Positions 28,366 to 43,450 of a stretch of DNA of 48,741 bases are shown here, piece by piece. The notes below the pieces were generated by a model that was given only the letters and a program-made list of their open reading frames with translations, was not told where the DNA came from and ran no database searches. The DNA is from Candidatus Sigynarchaeum calidifontis (GTDB lineage: Archaea > Asgardarchaeota > Lokiarchaeia > Sigyniarchaeales > Sigyniarchaeaceae): positions 1-48,741 of the forward strand of contig JAUQYZ020000022.1 in the NCBI GenBank assembly GCA_030587475.2, in the 5' to 3' direction. The translations under genes were made by a program, and so were the position numbers. How positions within the stretch are numbered: position 1 is the stretch's first letter; each line of letters starts with the position of its first letter.

Positions 28366-30405
28366 TCAATTCCTCTTTGCCGCCTTCTTGTAATCATCGT
28401 CGAGCAGCTTGGCAGCATCGGGAACGCAACTCGTGTCCCATTCCGTGCGGAGGCCATGGTACCTGTCCTCGCCTGCCTCGATGATCATGCGGAGCATCTG
28501 GGCGTAGGAAATGCCCGCGATCTTGCACATCTTGGCGAGATGACCATCTATACACCACCCAGGATTGGGGTTGCACTCCAGGAGACGTGGTTCGCCCTTA
28601 GAATTCAAGCGCCAGTCGAACCGGGCATAGTCACGGCATTCGAGCCGTTCAAACAATTTCAAGGAACTTTCCTCGATGATCTTCGCCGTCTCTTCCGGGA
28701 TTTCGGCAGGAATGGATTTCAGCACGCCGTAGGGATTGTCTTCGGACATGTCCCATTTCGCCTCGTACCCGCATATCTTCGGAAGCCCTTCGGGCAGTCC
28801 CGAGTAATCCTCCTCGACGATCGGCAAGACGGTCAAGCAATGGCCGGGATTCCCGATGATGCCGAGCGTCAAGTCCTTGCCAAGCAAGTATTCCTCCACG
28901 AGGATGGGCTTCTCGTAGCCGATGTTGTTGCGGAGATTCGAGATGGCCTTGTCCAGTTCTTGCATGTTATAGCACACGCTCTTGGCAGTGATGCCATACG
29001 ATGAATCGCCGAAATTCGGCTTCACGATGACGGGAAAGCCGATGTTCAAGTCGTAGATCTGGTCCTCCGGCTTTATGAAGTACCCGTTGGGCACCGGTAT
29101 GCCCATCTCCATGGCCACGCCCCGCACTAGCGACTTGTCGTAGCAGCAAGCGAGGCATTGCGGGTTTCCGCCCGTGTAAGGGATCCGCAAGATCTCGAGG
29201 ATCGCGGGCACGTGCAACTCGTACCGGGGGTTGTTGAAGTAGCCCTCGTCGCACAAGTTGAACACGATGTGGATGCTATCTTTCAGCTTCTCCAGGTCGT
29301 GGAATAGCGTGTCGTGGTGGTTCAAGTAGGAAAACTTGTACCCGGCGTTCTCTTGCAGCGCTTTCTTGAAGGCGTTAATCGTGGTGAAGTCGTCCTTGTC
29401 GAACGTGGCACCGGGCTTGACCGGGTCGCGGTATTTCGGGTCGCCGAAGATGACGACCACGTGCTTTTCCGCCACCTCGCCTTTCTTGGCCTTGATGGGG
29501 GTCCACGCCTTCTCCACGGCCGCCGTGATGATGAAGCGGCGCTCCATCATGCCCAGGTCCTGGTTCCGCTGTGAATCGGTCTTCATGGCCCCGTGGAACT
29601 CGACGTTCGTGAAGCCCGCGTCGACGAGCAGCTTCGTGATCGATTCCTTCGAGTACAGCCGCTCGCCGTAGAACCGGTCGTCGACGACACCCTGGTTCAC
29701 GTCCGTGATGATCTCGCGCGATAGCAGCCGGCCATCCGGCGAGAGCGACCGCTCGCGCACGACGAAATATTGCTTGTCTATCCATTCCCACGAACGCGCC
29801 TGAAACGACGTCCGCAAGAACTCGCCGTCCGCGAGGTCGAGCAACAGTTTCCCGCCAGGCTTCAAGACGCGGATGACCTCCTTGAGCACCTTGATGTCGT
29901 CGTTTTCGGTCTCGAAATAACCGAAGCTGTTCCCCATGATCATGACCTGGTCGAAGAAATCGACCGGGTAGGGCAGCTTGCGGGCATCGCCCTTCTGGAA
30001 GCGGACGTTGAGGCCGAGCTTGCGCTGGGTGTCCTTGGCGTGCTGGATCAAGTAGTGGGACTGGTCGAGGCCGAACACGTTCGCGTACCCGCGACGTGCC
30101 ATCTCCATGGAATGCCGCCCTTGTCCACAACACAAGTCCAGGATCCTTGCATCCTTCTTCAAATTCAAGATATCCATGAACAGCGTGATCTCGGATTCCG
30201 TGATCTTTGGATCGTTGACCACGTCGCCATCTGTCTTTAAATAATACGCATCGAAAATCTTTTTCCACCATTCCTTGCTCACGTGCTTTGAAAGGTCCGT
30301 CACGGGGCCAAGGGTGGCGATCTTGTTCGTTACTTTCGCGGCATGCTGTTTTCCTTTCTCTGCCGCGGGTTTCGTGGTTTTTTCCTTGGATGTCTTCGAC
30401 GACAT
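28366..30405 (-). CDS. Class I SAM methyltransferase fused to a Ddl-like ATP-grasp ligase
   Basis: ILDLCCGQGRHS, GDARKLP, MGNSFGYF, LKPGG, followed by IPYTG, VKPNFGDSSYG, RDYARFDWRL, ECNPNPG; start re-assigned to ATG 30405. Confidence 0.9.
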   Translation of the reverse strand: MSSKTSKEKTTKPAAEKGKQHAAKVTNKIATLGPVTDLSKHVSKEWWKKIFDAYYLKTDGDVVNDPKITESEITLFMDILNLKKDARILDLCCGQGRHSMEMARRGYANVFGLDQSHYLIQHAKDTQRKLGLNVRFQKGDARKLPYPVDFFDQVMIMGNSFGYFETENDDIKVLKEVIRVLKPGGKLLLDLADGEFLRTSFQARSWEWIDKQYFVVRERSLSPDGRLLSREIITDVNQGVVDDRFYGERLYSKESITKLLVDAGFTNVEFHGAMKTDSQRNQDLGMMERRFIITAAVEKAWTPIKAKKGEVAEKHVVVIFGDPKYRDPVKPGATFDKDDFTTINAFKKALQENAGYKFSYLNHHDTLFHDLEKLKDSIHIVFNLCDEGYFNNPRYELHVPAILEILRIPYTGGNPQCLACCYDKSLVRGVAMEMGIPVPNGYFIKPEDQIYDLNIGFPVIVKPNFGDSSYGITAKSVCYNMQELDKAISNLRNNIGYEKPILVEEYLLGKDLTLGIIGNPGHCLTVLPIVEEDYSGLPEGLPKICGYEAKWDMSEDNPYGVLKSIPAEIPEETAKIIEESSLKLFERLECRDYARFDWRLNSKGEPRLLECNPNPGWCIDGHLAKMCKIAGISYAQMLRMIIEAGEDRYHGLRTEWDTSCVPDAAKLLDDDYKKAAKRN

Positions 30406-30766
30406 GTGTGGTTCGACGCCTTGCACCAGCAGCCAGCTTTCGTCGGCTCGCGGTGCCCGCTTGTTGGGACTTTCAGTATTACGTGGATTTTCAGTGTAGA
30501 GGTAATGTTGTTCGTATTTAAAGGTCTCCAAATCCTTAAAAGCCTTATAAGAGCCCCGTGCCCTCGCATGCAAAAGATCCACGAGGCGCCTTCCAGCATC
30601 GACCGGGTTGTCGATATTAACCGTGAAATAACACCGCCTCGTCGACCGATCACGTGGATTCGTTCGCCCGGATCGCACGAGTGCGTCTCGAATTGATGGA
30701 GAGAACGAGAAAAAACACGGCTTGGCTATCGCCTTGCTCGCCGCAATGATATTTCATTTATAACTC

Positions 30767-32227
30767 TCATAACTTGCGGAATGTCACGACGATCGCAGCA
30801 ACGCCGAGTAAAATGGCCATCGCGCCCATGGTTGCAAACACGCCCGTCCAGTTAACGGGTGCATCATATCCCGTCATCGCGTGGAACTCGTCGGCCATGA
30901 CACGCGTCGCGTCGATCCAGTCCCACCCGTATTCCTGGGTCCACGCGATGTTCGTGCCCTCGTGCAGCTCGTTCCACGTCTCGACATGCACCCACGCGGT
31001 ACCGAGATCCATGAGTTGCCGCCATTCTTGCTGGTACCTGCCGAAATCGCGCGCTTTGTAGAGTGGCGTCTGGAGCGCGATGGCTCCGAGGTTGTAATAA
31101 CCCGGGCCAACAGCACCGCACGGAATGGTGCCCCGTGGCTGTGGCTTGACCACGCCGAAGCACGCGCCCCAGTTGCAGAGCCCGTCCGCACCCGCCTTCC
31201 GCCAGCCGTCGGGGCCGACGAAGTAGATGGACCGCCCGTACTTCGCGAGACATTGCTGGCGGCAGAACTCGAGCACCTCCGTGCCCACGTCCGAGAACCA
31301 CCCGTCGCCGTACATCCACACGACGTACCGGCCATTCCAGAAATACGTGCAATTATCGTCGATCAAGCCGAGGAAATCATCGATGGCTTTCCAGAAATGT
31401 TGCTGCCATGCCGGGTCTTTCAAGTCCGGCCCCCAGCGCCCGCCTGTCGGCGAATCCCACGGGTTACCGGTCAAGTGGCACCACAGCTGGCGCATGCACG
31501 TCGTGTCGTAGAAGAGCGCGATCTTCGGTATCATCGCCCTCGCTCCTGCTAGCGTCGTCGCCCGTCCCTCGGCGACGAGCTTCGGGGCGAGGCCGTTCCA
31601 CGCGCTCACGAGTGTCTGGATGCCCTCGTATGCCCAGTAGTTTTGGACGCCGTTCCACCAGTACACTGGGATCAGCACGTCGATGCCCGCACGCATCATG
31701 CACCGCAATTCCCACTCGTGCCACGACACGTTCATCCAGTCGAACCACGTGCCCATGTGTTCCATGGTCCCGTTCTTCAAGCTCGACTCGATCACGTCCC
31801 CCGTGGCGTTGTACGCGGGCAGATCCGCGGGGGGATGGTAAGAACAGGAGTCGTGCCATCCCCACGTGCCGGTGTTGTTCTGGACCATCAAGGCCGGGTT
31901 TGTCGGTCCTGGCCACCCTGCCGGATAATGGGACGTTCCATTCGGGACTTTTTCTGGATACGGGTTGGTTGGCCATGGTTCCGCCACGTGTGGTGAATTC
32001 GCATAGTCTGAACCGGCACTGCGGTACCAGTAAAAATACGTCGTGAACACGGTGCGGGATCCAGGCGTGTTCAACATCTGAATTTGCGCATTCCGGTCCG
32101 GCGTGAAAATAAACGGGTTGAGAATCCCCACGGTTGCCATGACGAGCATGGCTCCACAAAGGGCGAACAAGATCACCTGGGAAATGGTTGAACTTCGTCG
32201 ATTAACTCGTGCTATCACATTGTTCAT
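30767..32227 (-). CDS. Surface-anchored glycoside hydrolase (GH99 / DUF5010-like)
   Basis: N-terminal TM/signal, TTYFYWY, MMRAGIDVLIPVYW, VETWNELHEGTNI (ExxE), C-terminal TM. Confidence 0.75.
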   Translation of the reverse strand: MNNVIARVNRRSSTISQVILFALCGAMLVMATVGILNPFIFTPDRNAQIQMLNTPGSRTVFTTYFYWYRSAGSDYANSPHVAEPWPTNPYPEKVPNGTSHYPAGWPGPTNPALMVQNNTGTWGWHDSCSYHPPADLPAYNATGDVIESSLKNGTMEHMGTWFDWMNVSWHEWELRCMMRAGIDVLIPVYWWNGVQNYWAYEGIQTLVSAWNGLAPKLVAEGRATTLAGARAMIPKIALFYDTTCMRQLWCHLTGNPWDSPTGGRWGPDLKDPAWQQHFWKAIDDFLGLIDDNCTYFWNGRYVVWMYGDGWFSDVGTEVLEFCRQQCLAKYGRSIYFVGPDGWRKAGADGLCNWGACFGVVKPQPRGTIPCGAVGPGYYNLGAIALQTPLYKARDFGRYQQEWRQLMDLGTAWVHVETWNELHEGTNIAWTQEYGWDWIDATRVMADEFHAMTGYDAPVNWTGVFATMGAMAILLGVAAIVVTFRKL

Positions 32228-32310
32228 ATATCGATCTGGTCGAACGAGTTTTTAAGCTTGGATTAATCACGTGCATGATTGCAAGGGACTTTCGGTCGGG
32301 GAAATCCTAA

Positions 32311-34221
32311 TTATAACCGCCATGGTCCTGGTTCGATCGTGTAATATCCCGTGTTTATCCTATGCATGACCCGAGGCGACACGGCGTCGATCAACATGCC
32401 CGCGAAGGTTGCAGGCAGACATGCGAGCTTTGAAAGGAACATTCCGAAATACATTTTCCACATGCTGTACGTGTAGCGTTCATGCACGAGCCTGGGCATC
32501 CACAAGGCGAGCAGTTTCTTGCGATCGTGCTCGTCAACGAGTCCTTTCCGGTTGTATCCCTGCTCGTGCGGGCCAAGGCGCATGTGCGATTTGAAGTCCC
32601 GGTAGATCCAGATCACCCAGCCGCACATGTACGGCCGCGCGTTGAAGGTCTTGATCGCGTGCGAGGCGATCGAGGCCTGCTTCCACTCGGACGATTTCAC
32701 GTCGAGCGGCTCCCGTCGCCCGAACCCCCACTCGGCATTCGCGCCGAACTCGGACATGAGGAAAGGCTTCTTGGGTGATGTCCCGTGCACGATGTCGCAG
32801 ACGAAGCCAAACATGCGCTCCGAGAGGTAGTACCAACCGAAGTACGAGTTAAGCAGCAAGAGATCAGACTGCGAGCGGGCGGGATCGTGCACGAGCGCCT
32901 TCGTCACGAACACGGAAAACCGCGTCGGGTCGAGCCGCTTGGCCAAGCGCATGATCGTGGCCATGAACTGGTAGCAGTCGCGGCGAGACACCGGGACCTC
33001 GTTCCCGGCCGACCACCAGATAACGGACGGGTGGTTGAAGTCCCGGTAGATGAGATCACGCATCATGCGGGAGGCAAGGCGCAGTACCTTCGGGTTCTTG
33101 AAGTCGACGTTCCAGTACACCGGAATCTCCTCCCCAACGAGCATCCCGAGCTCGTCAGCGGCCTCGACGAGCGATTCATCGTGAGAATAATGTGCTGTCC
33201 GCAAAAAGTTGAACCCGAGTGCCTTCATGGCCGCGACGTCCTTGAATCGTTCTGATCTTGGATACTCGCGACCGAGCGGGTATTTTTCCTCGTGCAGCGA
33301 CGATCCCTTGAGCAAGATCTTCTTGCCATTGAGGATGATATCAGTACCTGATGCCTTGACCTCGCGCAAGCCAAAGCGCGACGCGTAAAGCACCTCGCCA
33401 TTTGCATTGAAAAGCTCGAGCGTGTATAAAAAAGGGGTTTCGGGAGACCACAGCTTCGCGCCGGGGATAACAGCCGTGAACCGGCGCACCACAAGTGCTG
33501 GCACCGTGTTGTCCGTGCCGGGTTCGCTCGCTGGCATGACCATCTCCCCGGTGGCAACGTTCGTGCCATCGGGGCTGATGACGCGCCATCCGAAAGCGAG
33601 GCCCGCCGATGCACGGATGGTCATCTTAATGGCGGCGCTTTCGAGCCTGCCATCGCGGTGGAACGACAAGGCGGGCGCGATCAAGCATCTTTCGACGCGT
33701 GAACAAGGTAGGACGTCGATAAACACGTCCCGGTAAATCCCGCCCCATTGAAACCAGTCGGAAGCAAACTCGGGCAGCTGGTCGTGGCGCCTCGTGTTGT
33801 CGACGCGAACGGCCAGGATCGCGTCGCCGTCGCCCGCTTCCAGAACTTGCTGGATCGTTGAACGCGACAAGTGGAACGCGAACGTCGTGAAGCCGCCCTC
33901 GTGGGTGCCGATCTCCATGCCGTTGAGCCAGACCCGGCAGAGATAATTTGCCCCGTTGAAGCGTAGCGACACGTGATCGGTCGTCGGCAGTACTTTTTCG
34001 AATATCATTCTCTGGATCCTCGTGAAATACCAGCACACGCCCTCGTACCTTTCCAATGGCTTCAAGGTCTGCCACGATGATGGCACGGCGACCTTTACAA
34101 GTCCCATCTCGTGCGTGCCGAACCATTCACGCGAATACCATTTTTCGATCTTTTCACCCGCGTTTTGCGGGTCCGGGGCGAGCCACCACGACGGGCCGGA
34201 GAGCCGGATTCGCTCGATCAT
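32311..34221 (-). CDS. GH2 beta-glucuronidase-like glycosidase
   Basis: YEGVCWY, HEGG, RTAHY, WWSAGNE (acid/base), MSEFG (nucleophile), WIYRDF and the NRKG motif characteristic of GUS enzymes. Confidence 0.88.
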   Translation of the reverse strand: MIERIRLSGPSWWLAPDPQNAGEKIEKWYSREWFGTHEMGLVKVAVPSSWQTLKPLERYEGVCWYFTRIQRMIFEKVLPTTDHVSLRFNGANYLCRVWLNGMEIGTHEGGFTTFAFHLSRSTIQQVLEAGDGDAILAVRVDNTRRHDQLPEFASDWFQWGGIYRDVFIDVLPCSRVERCLIAPALSFHRDGRLESAAIKMTIRASAGLAFGWRVISPDGTNVATGEMVMPASEPGTDNTVPALVVRRFTAVIPGAKLWSPETPFLYTLELFNANGEVLYASRFGLREVKASGTDIILNGKKILLKGSSLHEEKYPLGREYPRSERFKDVAAMKALGFNFLRTAHYSHDESLVEAADELGMLVGEEIPVYWNVDFKNPKVLRLASRMMRDLIYRDFNHPSVIWWSAGNEVPVSRRDCYQFMATIMRLAKRLDPTRFSVFVTKALVHDPARSQSDLLLLNSYFGWYYLSERMFGFVCDIVHGTSPKKPFLMSEFGANAEWGFGRREPLDVKSSEWKQASIASHAIKTFNARPYMCGWVIWIYRDFKSHMRLGPHEQGYNRKGLVDEHDRKKLLALWMPRLVHERYTYSMWKMYFGMFLSKLACLPATFAGMLIDAVSPRVMHRINTGYYTIEPGPWRL

Positions 34222-34276
34222 CGATGTATCCCTCCATACCGTAGCATTTTATGGTTTCCCCGCGTTGAAAGAACCT

Positions 34277-34969
34277 ATGGTTTTGATCATCGCGCATCGC
34301 GGCTTCAGTGGCAAGTACCCGGAAAACACGATGCTCGCGTTCCGGAAGGCCATCGAGATCGGGGCTGGTGGTATTGAACTCGACGTCCACGCCACGAGTG
34401 ACGGGCACATCGTCGTGATGCATGACGGCGACGTTCGGCGCACGACGAACGGGAGTGGGTTCATCAGCAAGATGACCCTCGCCGAGTTCCAGAAGCTCGA
34501 TGCAGGGCAAGGCGAGCATCCCCCGCTTCTCGAAGACGTGATCCTGCTGTGCAAGGAGCACGGGACCTTCCTGAACATCGAAATCAAGGCCACGGGCATC
34601 CAGGAACGGGTTGCCAAGCTCGTCATGAAGCACGATTACGTCGGGCACGTGCTGATCTCGTCATTCATGCACGTCCAGCTCCCCGCATTCAAGACGATCG
34701 ACCCGAACTTCAAGATCGCGGCTTTGATTCCCGACGTTGCGGCGAAAATGCTCATGAGGATCGTCACGAGACTCTTCCCCGTGGACGCGATAAACCCGTT
34801 CTACAAGTCTTGCACGGAAAGTTTCATGGCATTGGCGAACGCGAAGAACTGTCCCATCTACGCGTGGACGGTCGATGACGTTCGCGCCGCCGAGAAGCTC
34901 GCGAGGTTGGGTGTTGCTGGCGTGATAACTAACCGCCCCGATCTCATGATCGAGGCAAAAATAAAATGA
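34277..34969 (+). CDS. Glycerophosphodiester phosphodiesterase
   Basis: IIAHRG..YPENTMLAF, IELDV, VVMHD, NIEIK, ISSF, AWTVDD, GVITNRP. Confidence 0.93.
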   Translation: MVLIIAHRGFSGKYPENTMLAFRKAIEIGAGGIELDVHATSDGHIVVMHDGDVRRTTNGSGFISKMTLAEFQKLDAGQGEHPPLLEDVILLCKEHGTFLNIEIKATGIQERVAKLVMKHDYVGHVLISSFMHVQLPAFKTIDPNFKIAALIPDVAAKMLMRIVTRLFPVDAINPFYKSCTESFMALANAKNCPIYAWTVDDVRAAEKLARLGVAGVITNRPDLMIEAKIK

Positions 34970-34979
34970 GATGGCCCCG

Positions 34980-36341
34980 TCAGGCTTGCTTGCTCGCGTG
35001 GCGTGCCCGCCTCTCCTCGTGCAGCACTTTCAACCGTGCTTGTTGTTTCTCGAATGCCCCTCGATTCAAGGGAAATCGACTGAAAACGGCGAGCGTGCAG
35101 ATGCCTCCTATGACAGGCACGCCACCCAGGAGGAATTTCAAGCCCACCACGCCGGGCGGCGTTATCGTCGCCGCGCTCGAGTCGAAGCCCGTGAGCAGGT
35201 TCACGATGATGAGTGCCCCGCCGGTGAACACGATGGAGAGCCTCGCCACGAGCGTTAATATCCCGTTGAACATGGCTTCCCGCCGTTTGCCCGTTATGAT
35301 CTCGTCCGAGTCGATCGCCGCGCTCATGGCCGGCTCGGTCATGAGCATGCCACTGGCCCCGAAACCCGGCAAGATGGCGAATATCACGAGGCCGGGAAAG
35401 TCCGTGATGAAGATGATGGGCCAGACCGCCGCCGTGAAGAGGATGATGGCAAGCACCAAGCCTTCCTTCGGTCCTTTTTTCGCATAGACCCAGCGCCAGA
35501 AAATGATGGCTCCAACGATGCCGATCGCGATGCCCGCAGCGCTGAACCCGACCATGGACTCGTCCAACCCGAGGATGAACTTGGAATAGAGCGGGAGCAC
35601 GGCCATGGTAAGCCCGAACATGAAGTCTATCAAGGTATACGTCACGGTAATGTTCATGAACGCCTTGTTTTTCAAGGCTTCCTTGAACGATGCAAAAATG
35701 GGAAGTGGCTCGTCGATCTGGTATTCTTGTCGTTCTTTCGACCCGAGCAGCGACGCGTACATGCTCATGGGAAGGGTAACCCCGAATAGCACGCCCACGA
35801 GCGGCCACCCGAGCGCGCCGGCGACGAGCGGGGGAAGGATGATGCCGGCCATCGACGAGACGAACGCGAGGAGATCCTTCACGGCGACGACCGATGCCCG
35901 CTCTTCCTCATCCTCGTACATCTCCGTGTAGAGTGCCGACCACGCGGTCATCACGAAGGTGAACCCGAGATCGAACACCAGGAGCATGATCAAGCCGTGC
36001 ATGAAGATCGCGGCCTGGTCCGTCCACGGCACCCACCACAAGAACACGAACGCCGCCGTGAGCGGGATCGTGCCCCAGATGATGTAGGGGATCCGGCGGC
36101 CGCGCGTTGACTTCCGCTTGTCCATGTAATAGCCGATCAACGGGTCGTTCACGGCGTTCCAGATCCCGTAGATGACCAGCATCAAGCCCGCAAGATCCAA
36201 TGTAAGACCCGCGTTAGTCGTGTAGAAAAGCACGAGGTACGATTGGATCATGTTATAGGGCAATGCACTCGGCACGGCACCGAGCGAGTAAAGAAAATGC
36301 CCACGTCCAGAATGAACGTCTCGCCCGCCTTCTTTATTCAT
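34980..36341 (-). CDS. MFS glycoside-pentoside-hexuronide (MelB-like) symporter
   Basis: WNAVNDPLIGYYMD..RGRRIPY, DSDEIITGKRREAMFNG; about 12 TM helices. Confidence 0.92.
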   Translation of the reverse strand: MNKEGGRDVHSGRGHFLYSLGAVPSALPYNMIQSYLVLFYTTNAGLTLDLAGLMLVIYGIWNAVNDPLIGYYMDKRKSTRGRRIPYIIWGTIPLTAAFVFLWWVPWTDQAAIFMHGLIMLLVFDLGFTFVMTAWSALYTEMYEDEEERASVVAVKDLLAFVSSMAGIILPPLVAGALGWPLVGVLFGVTLPMSMYASLLGSKERQEYQIDEPLPIFASFKEALKNKAFMNITVTYTLIDFMFGLTMAVLPLYSKFILGLDESMVGFSAAGIAIGIVGAIIFWRWVYAKKGPKEGLVLAIILFTAAVWPIIFITDFPGLVIFAILPGFGASGMLMTEPAMSAAIDSDEIITGKRREAMFNGILTLVARLSIVFTGGALIIVNLLTGFDSSAATITPPGVVGLKFLLGGVPVIGGICTLAVFSRFPLNRGAFEKQQARLKVLHEERRARHASKQA

Positions 36342-36367
36342 CAAATAATCTCCCCGTGAATGCAATT

Positions 36368-37873
36368 TTACAAGTCCGAGTAGTCGACCAGCTGCAAGCC
36401 GAGCAACCGAGCTGCCGTCCTGAAATCGTCTCGCCAGTCCCCGACGAAACTGACGCGGTGCCAGCCAAAGGCCGGCCAGTTGTATCTCTCCAGCATGCCC
36501 CTCGCATCCTTGACTTGCACCACGACCTTCGTGACGCATCCTCCCTTTTCATTCGAGTTTCTGACTATTTTTCCAAAATACAACGCCATCTTCCGCTCGA
36601 ACACGCTCACCTTGATGGTGGTGAGTGGCTCGCCCACGGGATACTTGACGCGCGGGGACGCGCCGATGATCCCCGTCTCGCCGTGGTGCACGATCTCGAA
36701 ATCGGCGCGGGGCTTGTCGCGGCCCTGGGGGCAGCGTGGGGCCACGCAGTGCATGTAAGTGACCTGGTTGTTGGTAAAGTCAAATGCATGGTTCGAGACA
36801 AACCCGGGGAGCCCGCCCGTCAACGCCCAGCCGATCATGTACGAGATCGCGGCATCGAGGTCGGATTCACAAATACCATGGTACCCCTCGTTCGACATCT
36901 CGAAGAATCCCATGCACGGGTAGGCCGGCATGCGGCCAATCAGCAGCAACGTGCCGCAATCCGGGGCCATGAACCTTGCCCCATCCTTGTCCAGCAGTCG
37001 CTTGAGCGCAAGGTAGAGGCGTGCGGAATTCACGATGGTCTGCGGCACAGGTTCGGTCACCAGCGCCAGGTCATGCCATTTGGCCGCAATTGGCTTGGCC
37101 TCGTCGTCACTCGTGGCATCGTAGGCCTGGAGGATGTCGGCCGGGTCGTTCCGCTGGATCCGCACGCCGAGCATGGCTTCAACTGTCCGGCTGTATCCTT
37201 TCTCGTCCTTGCGCCACTGGTGCGCTTGGTCAAGGCCATCGAGGTCCGTGTAGAACTCGAACTTCGTGTCCCTCAGCTTGCTGACTTGATCGAGGAATTC
37301 GGGTGAAGTCTTGGCGATCTTGGAGATCTCGGGGGCGAGCAATTCCGAGATACGGTTCCAATCCATCTCCCGTGAGTCCGACGCGTAGACGATGACCCTC
37401 TCGCCCTTCAATGCCAGTAACTTGCACAACAAGCCGATGGCACTGTCAAAATCAGCTATCTCCTTTGACGAGACTGGATAGACTTGCAAGCCCTCATCCT
37501 TGATGCTCGTGTAGAGCTTCGTGAACGTGTGGTCGCCGTGGTAGACAATGTTCGCGAGGATGACAGGCAACCGCCGGTGCTTCAAGATGTCGATGCCCGA
37601 CGTGATCAAGCCCGGGTCGCCGTAATGGCCTATCGTGCATATCACGAGGGCATCAGCCTGATCGATGCGACCCTTGATGCTCTCGTTCAAGTTCTTGTCA
37701 TAAGTGGCTATTAAATCGCTCTTGGAGAACTCGACATTCGTAAATTGCTTCCCGAGGCGATCCATGATGACACCCTGGATGTTCCCGGGGTCATGGCCGA
37801 GATACGGCCAACCTGCTTCCCACTGGGGCTTGCCGATGAAAACCACATGTATCCGCGGTTTGTCCTTTGCCAT
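36368..37873 (-). CDS. L-fucose/L-arabinose isomerase-like protein
   Basis: RLYLALKRL, YPCMGF, CESDLDAA, PGFVSN, MHCVAP, CVTK, FGWHRV. Confidence 0.75.
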   Translation of the reverse strand: MAKDKPRIHVVFIGKPQWEAGWPYLGHDPGNIQGVIMDRLGKQFTNVEFSKSDLIATYDKNLNESIKGRIDQADALVICTIGHYGDPGLITSGIDILKHRRLPVILANIVYHGDHTFTKLYTSIKDEGLQVYPVSSKEIADFDSAIGLLCKLLALKGERVIVYASDSREMDWNRISELLAPEISKIAKTSPEFLDQVSKLRDTKFEFYTDLDGLDQAHQWRKDEKGYSRTVEAMLGVRIQRNDPADILQAYDATSDDEAKPIAAKWHDLALVTEPVPQTIVNSARLYLALKRLLDKDGARFMAPDCGTLLLIGRMPAYPCMGFFEMSNEGYHGICESDLDAAISYMIGWALTGGLPGFVSNHAFDFTNNQVTYMHCVAPRCPQGRDKPRADFEIVHHGETGIIGASPRVKYPVGEPLTTIKVSVFERKMALYFGKIVRNSNEKGGCVTKVVVQVKDARGMLERYNWPAFGWHRVSFVGDWRDDFRTAARLLGLQLVDYSDL

Positions 37874-37913
37874 GGTTGATCCCCTTCAGATCTCCCCGTG
37901 TGTTGATTTGAAT

Positions 37914-42613
<4,700 letters not shown>

Positions 42614-42678
42614 CGGGCGGCGAGGAAAGCGGCCCGGTAAAAGGTCTTAAGTGCCCGAGCCGCGATACCGGACATGAG

Positions 42679-43449
42679 ATGGCACAATACGGATGGGAGG
42701 ATTTTTGGCGCATCGGAAACGATAGCTTCTGGGCGGGACTTGAATATACATTATTCGCGGCCGTGTTGATGGGCGTTGCTGGCATCATCGCGCTGGTGAT
42801 CAGCATCAAGCTGCTCAACAAGTACAAGGTGAACAAGAAGCGGAGCGTGCTATACCTGGGAATGGCCATGCTCGTGTTCGACATCGCGATGGTCGCGCTG
42901 CTTCCGGCCATGCTTGATATTCCTTACTTTAGTGAGATGATAGACGACCTCGTCGCTAGGCTTATCGGCCTGGTAGCCATCATGTTGTACATCAAGTTCG
43001 CCATCGAGATATTCGTGTCCCGCCGCGAGGAGAAGCAGCGAACGGTAGTTGCCTTTCAAGTCGTCTTCTTCGCTGTCAACGCGGCGTTCATCACCGCCCA
43101 CTACTGGATCGAGCTCTCGATATGGCTACAAGCAGGGACGAAATACAACCAAGCCACCTTCATAGTCATACAAGAGACCATCGCATCCACGCCGTTCTTG
43201 TACATTTTCATCATGGCATGGCAACTCGCCCGGCGGGTCGACGTGGTTGCTGAAAAGAGGGCGTTGAAGTATATCTCGTGGTCAGGAATGTTCATGTTTG
43301 TTTCCTACATCATGATTGCCCTGGATGATTTCATCGGGTTGGATAATCCATCGTCGCTCCCGATGGTGATATTTTTGCTATTAGGGCTGGTCTATTTCTA
43401 TATCGGCGTTGCGAGACCTGGAAAACTCTTCAAACTTGCAAAGGCTTGA
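42679..43449 (+). CDS. 7TM membrane protein of unknown function
   Basis: Seven hydrophobic helices from MAQYGWEDFW to YIGVARP. Confidence 0.75.
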   Translation: MAQYGWEDFWRIGNDSFWAGLEYTLFAAVLMGVAGIIALVISIKLLNKYKVNKKRSVLYLGMAMLVFDIAMVALLPAMLDIPYFSEMIDDLVARLIGLVAIMLYIKFAIEIFVSRREEKQRTVVAFQVVFFAVNAAFITAHYWIELSIWLQAGTKYNQATFIVIQETIASTPFLYIFIMAWQLARRVDVVAEKRALKYISWSGMFMFVSYIMIALDDFIGLDNPSSLPMVIFLLLGLVYFYIGVARPGKLFKLAKA

Positions 43450-43450
43450 C

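Noticed and set aside
24567-30405. Peptidoglycan ddl or vancomycin-resistance ligase call
   Set aside because: No mur/van genes nearby, archaeal context and divergent specificity loops; gene symbol withheld.
30423-30456. Guanidine-II, c-di-GMP riboswitch or hammerhead ribozyme
   Set aside because: ACGA and GAAA words are present, but the required paired hairpins and conserved cores are not.
30406-30678. 91-aa N-terminal extension of the methyltransferase-ligase
   Set aside because: Runs through the TATA box and AT-rich promoter; not protein-like.
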